NCBI RefSeq assembly: GCF_001194135.2
Contig: NC_069005.1
Location: 29,835,199 to 29,874,238 of the forward strand
Source of the DNA: Octopus bimaculoides
Taxonomy: Eukaryota
DNA: 39,040 nt
Direction of reading: 5' to 3'
Every line of letters begins with the position of its first letter. Positions within the stretch are counted from its first letter, which is position 1. Position numbers and translations under genes: made by a program. Below are positions 22,116 through 34,639 of this stretch, one piece after another. The notes beneath the pieces were generated by a model. The model saw only the letters and a program-made list of their open reading frames with translations, did no database searches and was not told the origin of the DNA.

Positions 22116-23322
22116 CTGGAAGAGAAACGATATTGTGTAATGGAAGTAGCCAGCATGAGTCAAGAAATAAATATGTACAAGAAATCATAGCTGCATGTCT
22201 AACAAACATTTAATCTCACTGCATACATGGAAACCTCCACCACAGTTACACCACAAGGCTTCCAGCATCTTAGAATGAAGAACAAACAAAAGAGGTAAAC
22301 GGCTGAAAGAAAATAGCAAAAAGATACTTATAGAAACAATAACAACAACAATAATGGTTTCAAATTTTGGCACAAGGCTAGTAATTTTAGGGGGGGGGGG
22401 GTTAGACGATACCACCAACCCTCAGTTTTTGACTGGTACTTCTTTTACTGATCCCCAAAAGGATGCAAACTGAAACTGACACTTTGATTTGGGCTTTGGG
22501 ATGAAACCAGGCTAATGATGGGCAACCATGTGATGAGGATGACACCTGTAGAAGTTCCTACATGGCAACACAGAACCAGTGTGCCTGAGGCCCATGTGGC
22601 ATCAACACCTTCATCCTCATTTAATGTCCATGTTCCATGCTGGCATGGGTTGGACAGTCTAACAGGATCCAACAGGGTCCAAGGACTGCATGGTTTAGTG
22701 GTTAGGGTGTTGGACTAGTGATTGTAAGATTGTGGTTTTGATTTCTAGACCAGGTAAGTGATCATCTTCTTGAGCAAAACACTTCATTTCACATTGTTCC
22801 AGTCCACTCAGCTGGCAAAAATGAGTAATCCTGTGACAGACCTGCGTCCCATCCAGGTGGGGAATATATATATGTCATGAAACTGGGAATGCAGTTATGA
22901 CTCCTTATGACTCGAGAGGGTAACTTTACCTTCATCTTTTAAGAATGCTCCTTCTAACACCAACCACTTTATAGTGTGTACTAGGTGCTTTTTCTGATGC
23001 TAAGGGCACTGGTGAGGTCACCATGCAGCGTGCAAAACTACGAAACCTGGGAAGGAAGGGGGGCTTTATGCTAGCACATGAGAGTTAAAGTATAAGAGAA
23101 GGGAGTGGAGCAGAGCAGGTTCTCATTGTAGGGGAGCTATATGGCTACTCTCATTTAGGGGTGAGAGAGGAACCTGACATGATTTTGTGAAAAATAGAAG
23201 ATAACAAAAACAAAACAAAAAATAAATCAGAGATACAGCTGACATTATTATATAACTAATGCTGCAACTATATAACTATAATTATACAGTTGTTATCAGG
23301 TGTGTTTATTGACCTATTTCAA

Positions 23323-23357
<35 letters not shown>

Positions 23358-23477
23358 GTACTTGTAAAATAACTATCCTTATTATCTCAGTTATAAAGGC
23401 ATTGAGCTGACATAATCATCATCATCATCACCATCATAATAATAATAATTATTATTAAGGTCTTATTATTATTATTA

Positions 23478-23715
23478 AGGTGACAAGCTGGCCAAATTGT
23501 TAGCATGCTGGGCAAAATGCTGAGCGGCATTTCGTTCATCTTTACGTTCTGAGTTCAAATTCCACTGTTGACTTTGCCTTTCATCCTTTTGGGTTTAATA
23601 AATTAAGTACCAGTGAAACAGTGGGGTGGGGGTGGGGTCAATGTAATCGACTAGCCCCCTCTCACCAAATTTCAGGCCTTTTGCCTTTAGTAGAAAGGGT
23701 TATTATTATTATTAT
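23478..23715 (+). mobile_element. SINE (family C) with (TTA)n tail
   Basis: gagttcaaattcc B-box-like and gttgactttgcctttcatcc..aattaagtaccagt core. Related copies at about 5211-5350 (-), 22340-22500 (-) and 26365-26625 (-). Confidence 0.7.
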
Positions 23716-23853
23716 GTTCTGGTTTTGCTTTAATTAAAATTAAAAACGAAGACTTTACACAGCTATGAAAGAAACTTACGGGTACTTAAGACATTCTCTG
23801 CTGCTTAGACCATCTGTCAGGATGTAAAGAACAGAATGTGAAGACATGCATGA

Positions 23854-24188
23854 AGGCACATAGCTCAGTGGTTAGTGTGTCAGGCTCACGATTATGAGGT
23901 AGTGAGTTCGATCCCTGGGCCGGGCTGTGTGTTGTGTTCTTGAGCAAGACACTTTATTTCGTGTTGCTCATGTTCACTCAGCTGTAGAAATGAGTTGTGA
24001 TGTCACTGGTGCCAAGCTGTATCGGCCCCTTTGCCTTTCCCTTGGATAATATCGGTGTGGAGAAGGGAACCTGTCATGCTTGGATGACTTACTGGTCTTC
24101 CACAAACAACCTTGACTGGACTTGTACCTCGGAGAGGAGTTTTCCACGTGCAATCTTATGGTTATTCATGACCGAAGGGGGTCTTTAT
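23854..24188 (+). mobile_element. tRNA-derived SINE (family B)
   Basis: A box TAGCTCAGTGG, B box GAGTTCGATCC, then gtgttcttgagcaagacacttt core. Related copies at about 819-995 (+), 14090-14317 (-), 19395-19515 (-), 22685-22925 (+) and 26673-26925 (+). Confidence 0.8.
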
Positions 24189-25623
24189 ACACATTTTGAG
24201 ATCACTGTGCAGTTCACAAGACTATGAGCGATGGGGGGAGTATGTGAGGGGATGAACACCTTGCTCGGGGATGAGGGGGTTACTATGGAGGCAGGGTGGA
24301 GCAGAGCAGGTTCCTGCGGAGGGATCTGCATGGCTACTCACGTTTGACAAGGGAAAAGAGCAAGGAGAGAAAAAGAGAAAATTATTTATAGGAACTGCAA
24401 GACATAGATAATAGCATGTGATCGAACATGTTCTAGCCGTGACCACACCTTCTGATTGTAAGAAATTGAGCATCCACAGGTTTACGTTGTCCAGTGTAAC
24501 CTTTCTTCGCAGAAGACACTGGAATGTGATTTAAATGGAGATTTGGTTGCTACTTCTAGCAGGTCGAACGACCTCGTAGCAAGCCTCCCTTGTAGATTCA
24601 TTGGCGTGTGTGTGAGGTAAACAAGTTTTGTAATAAGTTAATGAAACTCCCCTCCCCCCATTTCAATATGTTGTTTTACGTAATTAGAGCGAAAAGTAAA
24701 CAAATCAATGAAAAGGATGAAGCTGCTACATGGTCCCTCGATCTGCTAGAAATAGCAACCAAATGTTTCTCAAGCAATGCTCTACTGTCTAACTTTCAGA
24801 AAAATGGATAATTTCCAAAGAAATTTTCTCTAAACACCTTTCAGAGGGTGGAGATTACGATTAAACCGAAATTTAATATGAACAAATAAAATTGGTGAGT
24901 TAGTACACATATATCCCGACAGGCATCACACATGCCTACAAAAGTTTTTCGACTGTGTTGTGCATCAGTATATATGTGTACGTGCTCACAATTTTCCTTT
25001 TCACATCAAATTATGATATAGTTGCACTTTACACGCTTTGAAAAGTATTCGTAGAAAATTTCATTAAAAAATACCCATTCTTGTTAAAGTTACGAGGAAA
25101 CAAAGCTACTCGTGTGAATTTTCCGAAATTCCTCTTCCTACTTATAAATTGTTTTTGTTTTTTCTTTTGTTTTTTTTTTTTCACAACAGATTCCGATATA
25201 ATCAGAATCTACACCACCTGAAGCGTACTTATTGAAAAATTTCATTAAAAAATATCCATTTATCTGAAAGTTATGAGAAAACGAATTCGTGGTGGCGGGG
25301 TACCCATGTGTAGGTATGCCCGTAGATGTAATGCCTTTGATAACAGGTGTCTCCTTGTATCAGCGCAGAAACTGGGACTAAACAACGAGGCATGGTACTT
25401 TGGATAATGTCGTACTAGACTATTCTGTACTGAACCTAAAGAAAAGTCGAGATAGTCGTGGCTGGAACGCCTTTGTATCATAGAGCCGAACTGGGACTAA
25501 ACAACAATCTTTCCCCCCCCCCCCTATTTCCAAATCGTAAATTAAATATCATTAAATATTTCTTATTATATAATATCCATCACTGAAAGAAAGCAAACTA
25601 GCGATGACGAGAGAAAATTTTAC

Positions 25624-25666
25624 CTGCTACATCATTAATTGTGTTTGTTTCCTGCGTGAGAGCCAT
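25624..25666 (-). CDS. C1orf50: C1orf50/DUF2452 homologue, coding exon 1 (MALTQETNTINDVA)
   Basis: ATG at 25666 beside a CpG-retaining region; 43 nt ending G|gtaaaa (phase 1), which is the phase exon 2 needs. Confidence 0.7.
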
Positions 25667-25669
25667 AAC

Positions 25670-26170
25670 GAGAATGTCATAGTATGGGACTAGGGGTAGT
25701 TAGAAAATTAAAGTTGAAATGGCAGAAACGAAACGAAATAAAACTGTAAACGAAATACGTCTTTAGTCGCATAGCAACCCTAAAGAAAAGATCATTGCGG
25801 AAACTGAATATTTTATTAAATTATGTCGAAATTGCCCTTCTTGGTTTTGTTTAGCCCTGTGTTAGCTTTTGATTAAACAGATTTATGATCAAAGGCGTTC
25901 CAGCTGTGACTATCCTGGGTTAATTCTTATTTTACTAAACTTTTCTAGTGATTCAGAAGTAGAATGTAAAATTGAAACGGAAATGGCGAAACGACGATAT
26001 GGTGAAAATAAGTTTGTTTAAAATGCGATTCGTATTTTAATTTGTAAATGTTTATAGTGTGAACAAGACAAGGGATTCATGTCATCTTGGTTGGCGTTTG
26101 TCAGATGACGTCAGAGATCGAAGGGGAGGTAAATGACATTCGCTTCGTTTATTTCGCGTCGATATAAGAA
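25670..26170 (-). promoter_or_regulatory. Probable C1orf50 promoter region
   Basis: CpG-retaining stretch just upstream of the ATG, with a perfect CRE palindrome TGACGTCA at 26106-26113 and a YY1-like AAATGGCG at 25981-25988. Confidence 0.4.
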
Positions 26171-26999
26171 CTCTGGGATGAATTGGTCAACAGTTAGAAT
26201 TCAACTTGGGACTGGAAAAACAGAATGATTGCATTGCAAAATTAATTCTCACGCACACGCACATTTCCTTCTATAAAATCCACTCTCGAGGATTTGGTTG
26301 GCTGGGGGGGGCTACAGGAGACAACACTTACTAAGCTGCCATATATGTATGGTTGGGAAAGAAATTTATTAAGTGAAATTCTAACCACACAGCCATGTAT
26401 GCTTTTACAGATATTAGCTTCAAATTTGGGCACAAGGTCGGAAGTGTCAGGGGAGGGGATAAATTGATCACATTCACCTTCTGTATAAACTAGCATTTAT
26501 TTTATCAATACTGAAAGGATGAAAAGCAAAGTCAACCACAATGGAATCAGAACTCAGACTGCAAAGACGGGCAAAACGCTAATAAGCATTGTGTCCAACT
26601 TGCTAAGAATTCTACCAGTTCACTGCAGTTATTTATTTCTAGGTATTAATAAGGCATACCTACACAAATGTGGAGGCACATGGCCTAGTGGTTAGAGCAG
26701 CAGACTCGCAGGTTTGAATCTCAACCCGGGCGATGTGTGTGTTTATGAGCGAAGCACCTCAGCTCCACGCGACTCCGGCAGAAGGTAATGGTGAACTTCT
26801 GCTGACTCTTTCACTACAACTTTCTCTCACCCTTTCCTCCTGTATCCAGCAGCTCACCTGTAACAGACCAGTGTCCCTTCCAGGTGGGGAACCTATACGC
26901 CCATAAAACTGGCCCTTATGAGCCAGAACAAACAACACAAGTGTACCTTCTCACATTGTAACTACCACAAATAGGTTACTTTTGGTGAAATTTTCTATA

Positions 27000-27128
27000 T
27001 AGCCGCAGGCATGGTTGAATGGTACTGCTTGGCACCTTGGGCAAGTGTCTTCTACTATAGCCTCCAGCCAACCAAATCCATGAGTGTATTTGGTATAGGG
27101 AAACTGAAAGAAACCCATCGTATGTGTG
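27000..27128 (+). mobile_element. SINE family A fragment
   Basis: ggcaccttgggcaagtgtcttctactatagcc motif. Confidence 0.65.
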
Positions 27129-27429
27129 CATTACTATCACCTTGCTTTGACATTGTATGAAAGCTGTAAATATCATGGTCATGTGCCTGGGTATCTTTCA
27201 TTTCCAACCTTCAGTGAAAGTGAGAGTTGATGACAGGAGAAGCATCCCAGCCGTAGAAAACCTACCTCAAGAAATTCCATCTGATCCATGCAAGGGGAAA
27301 AAAAAGACAAATAATAATCCTGCTCCTTATCTCAAGTTTTGATGTACAATTCACATTAATATTATGAGGTTATGCATATCACAAACCGATTATTGAATAA
27401 CTAATTATTGTAGTACAAATTGGTGATAT

Positions 27430-27740
27430 GCCATGCTTGGTAAAACCTGTCAAGCCAAGTTGCTGTCAGTGTCATGTAAAATGTATCTTTAGAGCACTGG
27501 GCCTCACGGAGACAATGTGGCCGATGCTGGTGTTTTGTTTCTAGCACCTCTCAAGCACTGACAAATGACTGGCCTTTGGCAATATGCTGTGCTTGGGAAG
27601 ACCCATCAATCCAAGTGAAACTGCAGTAGTGGCAGATACTGGTGACATGCAAAAGCACCCATTAGACTGAATGGTTGGTGTTAAGAAGGACATCCAGCTG
27701 TCGAAACCATTTGAAATCAGACTTACCAATCCATGGACAA
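27430..27740 (+). mobile_element. Degenerate RTE-type 3' UTR fragment
   Basis: Motifs shared with 16631-17000 in reverse complement (ctttggcaatatgctgtgcttg, gcacccattagact..tggttggtg). Confidence 0.5.
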
Positions 27741-29203
27741 TGTTAAATTATGAATTATTTTTATGAAACCCTGAAAGGAAAAGAGGCAGGGGAACTGACC
27801 TAGGCACAATCTGAGCTCAGAAAGGTAAGACCACTGGAAGAAAAAGACTCCTTGTGACCTTTACTCGATAGATCATTGACTACCTAAGTTAAAAACAAGT
27901 GCTTAACTTATATGAATATTGGTTCAGAATTTTACTTGGTAGGGTAGCTGTTAGTTCTTGTGCAACACCCATGAAATAGAATGCTGTACTCCAGCTTTAA
28001 AATGCCTCTCAGAAATACAATAGAATAAAGTATACAGCAACAGAATGGTTTTTCAAGGTTGTGACCAGATAAAAGAAAAAAAAAAGTATTGTGCAAGGTG
28101 AACAAGTTGCCAAGTGAGTGGGTATCAAGTGGAATCAACAAGCTGGGAAGTGTAGACCTCATAGTGTGTCCATAGACTGAATTAGGATTTATAATAAAAG
28201 TCCTGGAAGCTGCACAAGAGGAAATAACTTTTGACAATGAAAGACATTTTGTTAATTTTGACATGTTATTCATAATAAACCTTCCTAATTATAACAAATT
28301 GCACTTCACTGAAACTAGACTTTGAAATGGCTGCATTTAATGCATTTTCGTATCACTCCTCTAGCAGGGTTCCTACTGCCCATTTTGGAAATTCTCAGAA
28401 TCCAGGTACTAGAGCAGGTACATTAAAAACCTAGGAAAGGTTTTTTTCCCTTCTAAATTCATTTAAAACCCAAGCTTGTGTCTGCAGTTGATGTTGCACA
28501 AAAATGTTAACTTGAAAATTTTATTGACAATGAACAAATGCTTAAAAACAGGACAATCTTAATTTTCTACATTTCTTATGTAAAAATACATCACTTCACA
28601 CCCTATTGACAACTGAAATCAAAAGCTGTATACTAACATTGGAGCAGAAAATACCTACAAAGGGCTTGTTTACACAAACTCATTGTCTTTCACTTGTGGT
28701 CAGATTACTACAAAAATTGGCTGATTGCAGTCAGTTACTTCTCAATCATCTTCAAAACTATTATCTGCCATAAATTCACCAATTAACTCCTCAAAGTGGC
28801 CATCTTTCTAAGAGCAGAATCACTATGACAAATATATCTCAAATTAATTATGTATTACAAAGGGTTTTCCAAGCGTCTCTGCCAAGACCTGTATTATGTG
28901 GACCTTACACCACCTCAAGTGTGCTGGAGTCAACACTGTGTACCAATTGTAAAACAAGCAATCTGGTTTGCCACATGCCATGAAAACCTGCCTGGATTAG
29001 AAAACCTGTTTACCTGAATGAATTCTGTGACTCAAGCAAAATGGAAGAATGGATGCTAAAAATATTACTATGATGAAATAAAATAACATATGGATTGTGT
29101 ATCGTCACACGACCTCAAATCAATTCACTTGGGGGGTGGGAAACTGTACATAGTATTTAACAGAAAAGAAAACAAGTTAAAATTTAAGAGTAAAATGCAA
29201 AAT

Positions 29204-29209
29204 TTTATT
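29204..29209 (-). other. Candidate polyadenylation signal of Ran
   Basis: AATAAA on the minus strand about 520 nt after the stop; another at 28520-28525. Confidence 0.4.
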
Positions 29210-29726
29210 GAAGACCTTTGTACAAAAGGGGAGGAAATACATTACAATGCCCGCATTCACACTTGCATACAGTAACAAATCGCAAGAGACAATATTTCGG
29301 CCCATAACTAATCAAAGAATACATTAAAAAAAAAAAAAACCACCTACTGTAATTAACATGAACTCAGCATTCGAATGTAATGATTTGATGGTGTGAAATT
29401 GTCTTTTTATATTAAAGGGGTTTTTGTTATTTTTTACCACTTGGTGTCTGTAATACCCCACCTCTTTTCTCCAGCCCCTCCCATTAAAATTAAAAAAAAA
29501 AAAAAATTTGAAAGAAGTTCATTTTTTGTGTGGTTTTCTAGTGAAGCAAACAGGCCTAAACCATCTTCTCAGCTTAAAAGAAAGGGGAGCGCAGCTCTGC
29601 AGGCCATAACAGATAGTAGAAAGAGGACATCACTGTATTTAAACAGACTTTCCCATCTTTTAGAAGGTTAACAATGCACTGTGATAATTAGTTAATTGTT
29701 AAGTGATTAGCAGGATCAGATTATCT

Positions 29727-29771
29727 TCAAAGATCTTCATCCTCATCAGGAAGAGCAATTTCTTGAGCCAC
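29727..29771 (-). CDS. RAN: Ran, last exon (VAQEIALPDEDEDL*)
   Basis: ttgcag acceptor; acidic DEDEDL tail; TGA at 29727-29729. Total CDS 642 nt. Confidence 0.96.
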   Translation of the reverse strand: MAQEIALPDEDEDL

Positions 29772-30277
29772 CTGCAATTGAAGAAACAAAATGAAAATAT
29801 TATTTCAAACACAAAAAAAAAATTAAAATTTCCCGCCACCCTCACCCATTAAGATTATAAATTACTAAAGACCTCGCCCCACACTTCACTGACAGAGTGA
29901 CCACATGAGGGAACTGATTGGGAAAGGAGTCTAAGCTTTCTCATGTCAAGGCATCAAAGACCACACCTCGCTCTGATAGAATTACAACCTCCCTGCTTTA
30001 AGGTGGAACTCATTTCCAAAATTTATTGAAGCAAAATCACCAAATTGCAACAGAAATGTTAGAAATTAATTTTGTAGTTTAGAAAATAATGGGTAGGGGG
30101 ACATAACTCCTGCAAGTAGTTCCAATTTTTGAAAATATTTAGTACAATAACCCAGTGTTAGGAAGGGTTTAAAGACTACTTGGAAATGGCACCACTCCCA
30201 ACTTCATTGTAAAGTAGGAAGTGCAACCAACAAATGAACCACCCCACTCAGACAAGATAAAGTAAAGTCGTAATTAC

Positions 30278-30448
30278 CTCAAGTTCCTTCTCATATTGTT
30301 GTGCAAGTGATTGACTCATTTCTACCTCTGGTGGTTGAAGAGCAGGCATTTCAACAAATTCAAGGTTAGCATCTCCAATTAACTTCCTTGCCAACCAAAG
30401 GAATGGTTTCTCAAAATTATAATTACTCTTTGCACTGATATCATAGTA
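30278..30448 (-). CDS. RAN: Ran, exon 5 ([23 protein letters not shown]...QYEKELE)
   Basis: Hand translation; 171 nt, phase 0/0; SAK motif. Confidence 0.96.
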
Positions 30449-31499
30449 CTGGATGTAAAGAAAACAAAGACATAAGTTATGAAAAACGGTTTATATGATT
30501 GCATGTGTGGTTCAGAAGGTCCCTCCACAACCAGGAAGTCCCAGGGTTTAATCCTACTCCTTAGCAGCCAATTGAAGTCTAAAAGTGAAATTTATTAGAT
30601 GGAAGCTGTGGGAGCCTTTTGGATGTGTAGGGTTGTGGAAGTCAGAAATAATCAACCAACTTAAAATGTAAATTATACAATCAATGCATTAATATTTCCA
30701 ATATCATATCTCTAAGAATTCAGAGTCAACATTGTTTATGAATTCTGATTCTAAAGGATTCGAGTAAACTCTAGTTTCAAATTTTCCATTTAACTATTTT
30801 AGAGATAAACTTTTCAATATCTTACAACTGATGTAATGCAATCTTTCAACTGGCCCTAATATTTTATTCCAGGACCTAACCTACAATGTTCAAACTCCAC
30901 CTGAACCAACTTTCAAGATTGATAAACATATCTTCTTAACCATTGACAGCAGTGCTTGTTCATGATTAGATATGTTTAAACAACACACACTAATTAACAG
31001 CTTTTTATTGTTCAAGTCATAAAACATGCCCTTTAGAACACCATTTATTTGCTGCTTTGAAAACCACGTTCATTTATGTACAACACATCCACCACCAACT
31101 GTTGCATTCAACATAGATCTCAGAATTTCAAACTGAAACAAATTCATCACAAGGTTTTCATTCCATTGTCCTTACATAAGAATCTTTCACATGTGACACC
31201 TCTTGCTTGTTATTGCTTGACTAATCTAAGGATTAAACTCGTGTCACACAGCCACGCTATACTTCATACCAATGCTATCCATCCCGTAAGACAATTAGGT
31301 AATAGAAAAATAACTGACCCTGAGGTCTTTCAGGTCATTCATAGATCAGGCCCCAAACTGCAACATCAATATGTACAGAGTCCTACATCTATCTAGAAAG
31401 ACACAGGTACATCCCTAACTGAAGGTCAGTAGATAAACACTGGAACATAAGATGCCAGAAAGACTCTGCACATGGACTGGGCTTTAATACTCTTTGAAC

Positions 31500-31850
31500 T
31501 AGCATAGAGGCGAATACCACACGGCAGTCACCTGGTAAGCAACATCAAATGGTAAGGGAAATCGAGCCGATACTAGTGGCACATAAAAACACACCTTTCA
31601 AGCATTGGGTCTCACAGAGACAAGGACAAATGACCAAGACCTTTGGCATTATGCCATGATTAAGACCCAGGCAAAATAGTCATGGCAGATACCAGTGTCA
31701 CGCAACCAGCACCCATTACACTCTTGGAGTGGTTGGCATTAGGAAGAGCATCTTGATCTAGAAAGCCAAATCAGACTGGAGTTTGGTGTAGCCCCTCGAC
31801 TGACCAGCCCTGGTCAAACAGTCCAACCTACGACATTAAATGCTGATTAT
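31500..31850 (+). mobile_element. Degenerate RTE-type 3' UTR fragment in Ran intron 4
   Basis: Motifs shared with the 16.6-kb element (gcacccattacactcttggagtggttggc, aaatcagactggag). Confidence 0.55.
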
Positions 31851-31993
31851 ACATATGGGGTTCTATTTGAAACTCCCTCTCAATTATATTTTTGAAAATC
31901 AATGCTTAAGACAAGTCATCTATAAAGGAATGCTCCGAAAGAGAAAGATAGCACTGATAAAATTGAAAGAGAATAAATAAAAAGAAAAATTAC

Positions 31994-32181
31994 CTGTAAA
32001 TTCTTTTTTCTGTGGAAAGTGATTGCTTTGGCTTTTACCTTTCGGTCTTTTACATCAACCTTATTTCCACACAGCACAATTGGTGTATTTTCACATACTC
32101 TCACTAAATCTCGATGCCAATTGGGAACATTTTTGTATGTAACTCTTGATGTAACATCAAACATGATAATAGCACACTGTC
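31994..32181 (-). CDS. RAN: Ran, exon 4 ([10 protein letters not shown]...GNKVDVK...HRKKNLQ)
   Basis: 188 nt, phase 1/0; NKVD motif. Confidence 0.97.
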
Positions 32182-32867
32182 CTGAAACAGAGAGTGAATA
32201 AATAATAAAAAATATACAATTATTAAGTGAAAGCCTCTCCTTATAATCAGAATCATTTTTATACATTTTGTAAAAAAAAAAAGTTTGCTTTAAATCCAAA
32301 ACCACTGAACAAGAACATTGAGGAAGTGTGCCTTGGACCAATCAATGCGTTGAGACTGGTATATAGAAAGTGAAATTAGCTTTGTCATGTGTGCAAAGTG
32401 TTGACATTCCATTATCATGCATGTCACCAACCAAGCAAGACAAGATTCTCACATTTCTTAACACTCCTCTATCAATTCTGCTGTAGGTAAACAAGCAGTG
32501 CACAGTTAAATAGGTTTACATACATTTCAGTGTGTGTGTAACCATTTGCATACAGAATTGTCACCTTTGGAGCTTTACATGTTTAACCCAATTAGTTTGG
32601 GCCTTAGTCCTAGAACTGCTAAACTGAGTTTCTGTCTATTAAAATCGACACCATTTCATGTCAGTCATATTTGTTAAGACTTCATTTAAAACATCACATA
32701 AAAGGAATTCAAATATAATACACTAAGTACCTAGAAGACATTGGATCTATCAACAAATACAGTAGTGTTTAAAAAAGTAGAAGTTTGGCCAATGGTCTAC
32801 GATGAATGCTCTCAAATAGAATGCAAGCTTAATTGTTTTATTTAGAAGAATCAAAAGCACAACTTAC

Positions 32868-32993
32868 CTTGAATATAATAACCATCTCTGAGCCCACCAA
32901 ATTTTTCTTGTCCTGCCGTATCCCAAACGTTGAACCTGATGGGTCCTCTGGCTGTGTAAAACACAAGTGGATGCACTTCTACACCCAATGTTG
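32868..32993 (-). CDS. RAN: Ran, exon 3 ([10 protein letters not shown]...[19 protein letters not shown])
   Basis: 126 nt, phase 1/1; switch I/II and the DTAGQ motif. Confidence 0.97.
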
Positions 32994-33312
32994 CTAAAGG
33001 GTTATAACAAAAGAAAAAACAGTTACAAGCTGAGGCAAAACAAAAATTACTGAAGTATTTGACAATCCAAAAATGCTCACACAAACCTTCCTTTAACATC
33101 TAAAGAATGAGTTTCTCTCTAAACAATTTTATTTCAAAGAGAAATAAATAAATGCTTAACCCTCTTGATACCAACCCACATTAGATTCTTAATTTAATTT
33201 CAGAGTAGTAAAATACACAAATGTGTACAATAGTGAAAACATTAGCAACACTGCAAATGAGCTGCTCTTATAAAATCTAACTAAAAATAACATAAGGACC
33301 CTTGTTACTTAC

Positions 33313-33397
33313 CAACATATTTTTTCTCAAATTCGCCAGTTAAATGACGCTTGACAAAAGTGGTTTTACCCACGCCGCCATCACCCACTAACACCAG
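33313..33397 (-). CDS. RAN: Ran, exon 2 (P-loop [28 protein letters not shown])
   Basis: 85 nt, phase 0/1, canonical splice sites. Confidence 0.97.
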
Positions 33398-33759
33398 CTG
33401 AAACAGAATAAAAGAACAGATGAATTTGGTAAAAGCTTTAAATCTTTCTTCATAAAAATGGACAAATACACCAATTGTAGACATTAACATTTATTATAAT
33501 CAATTAAATCAACCGACCGACGCTGCTACCGACATCCACTCAAACACAGAATTTACTATTTATTAATTGATCACCTAATACAATTACTCTGTAATATAAC
33601 ATCAAAACATCATTTCTATGAGGTTTATGTACCAACAACATATAGTATGACCAAAACTGATGGTACGTCTGTTAACCCAAGACAGAGAACAGTCCCATCA
33701 CAAAACAGGAAGGACGAGAGATGGTGGCTACATAAAATATAAATAAATGTTGGTCTCAC

Positions 33760-33786
33760 CTTAAATGTTGGCATTTTGTCACACAT
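33760..33786 (-). CDS. RAN: Ran GTPase, coding exon 1 (MCDKMPTFK)
   Basis: ATG at 33786 preceded by a strong acceptor (tttttcatttcccttccag, exon starts at 33805); donor AAG|gtgag. Confidence 0.85.
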
Positions 33787-34639
33787 GGTTGGTTGTTTCG
33801 TTTGACTGGAAGGGAAATGAAAAAATTCCACTTATAAAATCATATTTATACAAATATTTATTATTACATACACGTTCGGGTATACAAACCGGAGATAATT
33901 ATCATTTTTCAAAAACTGCTATCTACTTTTTGTGTGTTCAAATGACCGAACTCGGAGCGGTGATAGATGGACTGGTCAAGGCTGGAACGACCGCGAAACT
34001 TCTGGCTAACACGTATTAAAACTTTGTAGGAAAAAAACCGGTGTCTCCCCCCAAAATGGGTTTTGCAGTTTAAAGTATTAAATGGAATTCTTCACAGGAC
34101 GAGTTTTTAAAGCATGAAAAGATGACAGAATTGTAACAATTTCCCCTAGAAATGTATTTAAGCCACTACATCACTTTTTTCCCACCCATTATTTCGCAAC
34201 AGATCAACTTTCTGACCTCCACCCCAATCGACACCCTTAATTACGTTTCAAATGTTTTAAATTAACTTAATTATGATTCCACAAAGCATTTCAAATTCAA
34301 TTCCTCCTTACGTAAGGTATTGCTTATTTTGAAATTTACGTATACATCCGATAAAAAAACACACACATTACAAAACTCAATATATTTTAGTGAAGGAAGG
34401 TCGGAGAAATGCGAGAAGCTTCGAGAAACAGAAGCAACAATGAGAGGAAGAGTGTCGGAAGAGACGGAGGATATGGAGAAAGCAACCATTGCCAGTTAAA
34501 AAGAGAATATTTAACCAGTGTTGAATAAATAAAGACATCAATCAATTCTTACAAGATGGAATTATAAAAGATTTAAAATCCAAGAGACACGAGTTCCACT
34601 AATAAAATAATGTTTATAGAAGAAAGGAAAAAGGAAAAA

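Noticed and set aside
23854-23930. tRNA gene (good A and B boxes); similar heads at 819, 21135 and 26673
   Set aside because: No cloverleaf or acceptor stem; each runs directly into SINE body sequence.
25451-25914. About 31-bp inverted repeat (25451-25482 / 25884-25914) bracketing C1orf50 exon 1
   Set aside because: The motif belongs to a dispersed repeat also seen near 5707 and 24435; the pairing is probably coincidental.
29772-33759. Intronic snoRNAs in Ran introns
   Set aside because: No convincing C/D pair with a terminal stem or H/ACA double hairpin found by eye; a snoscan/snoGPS or Rfam search would be needed to exclude them.
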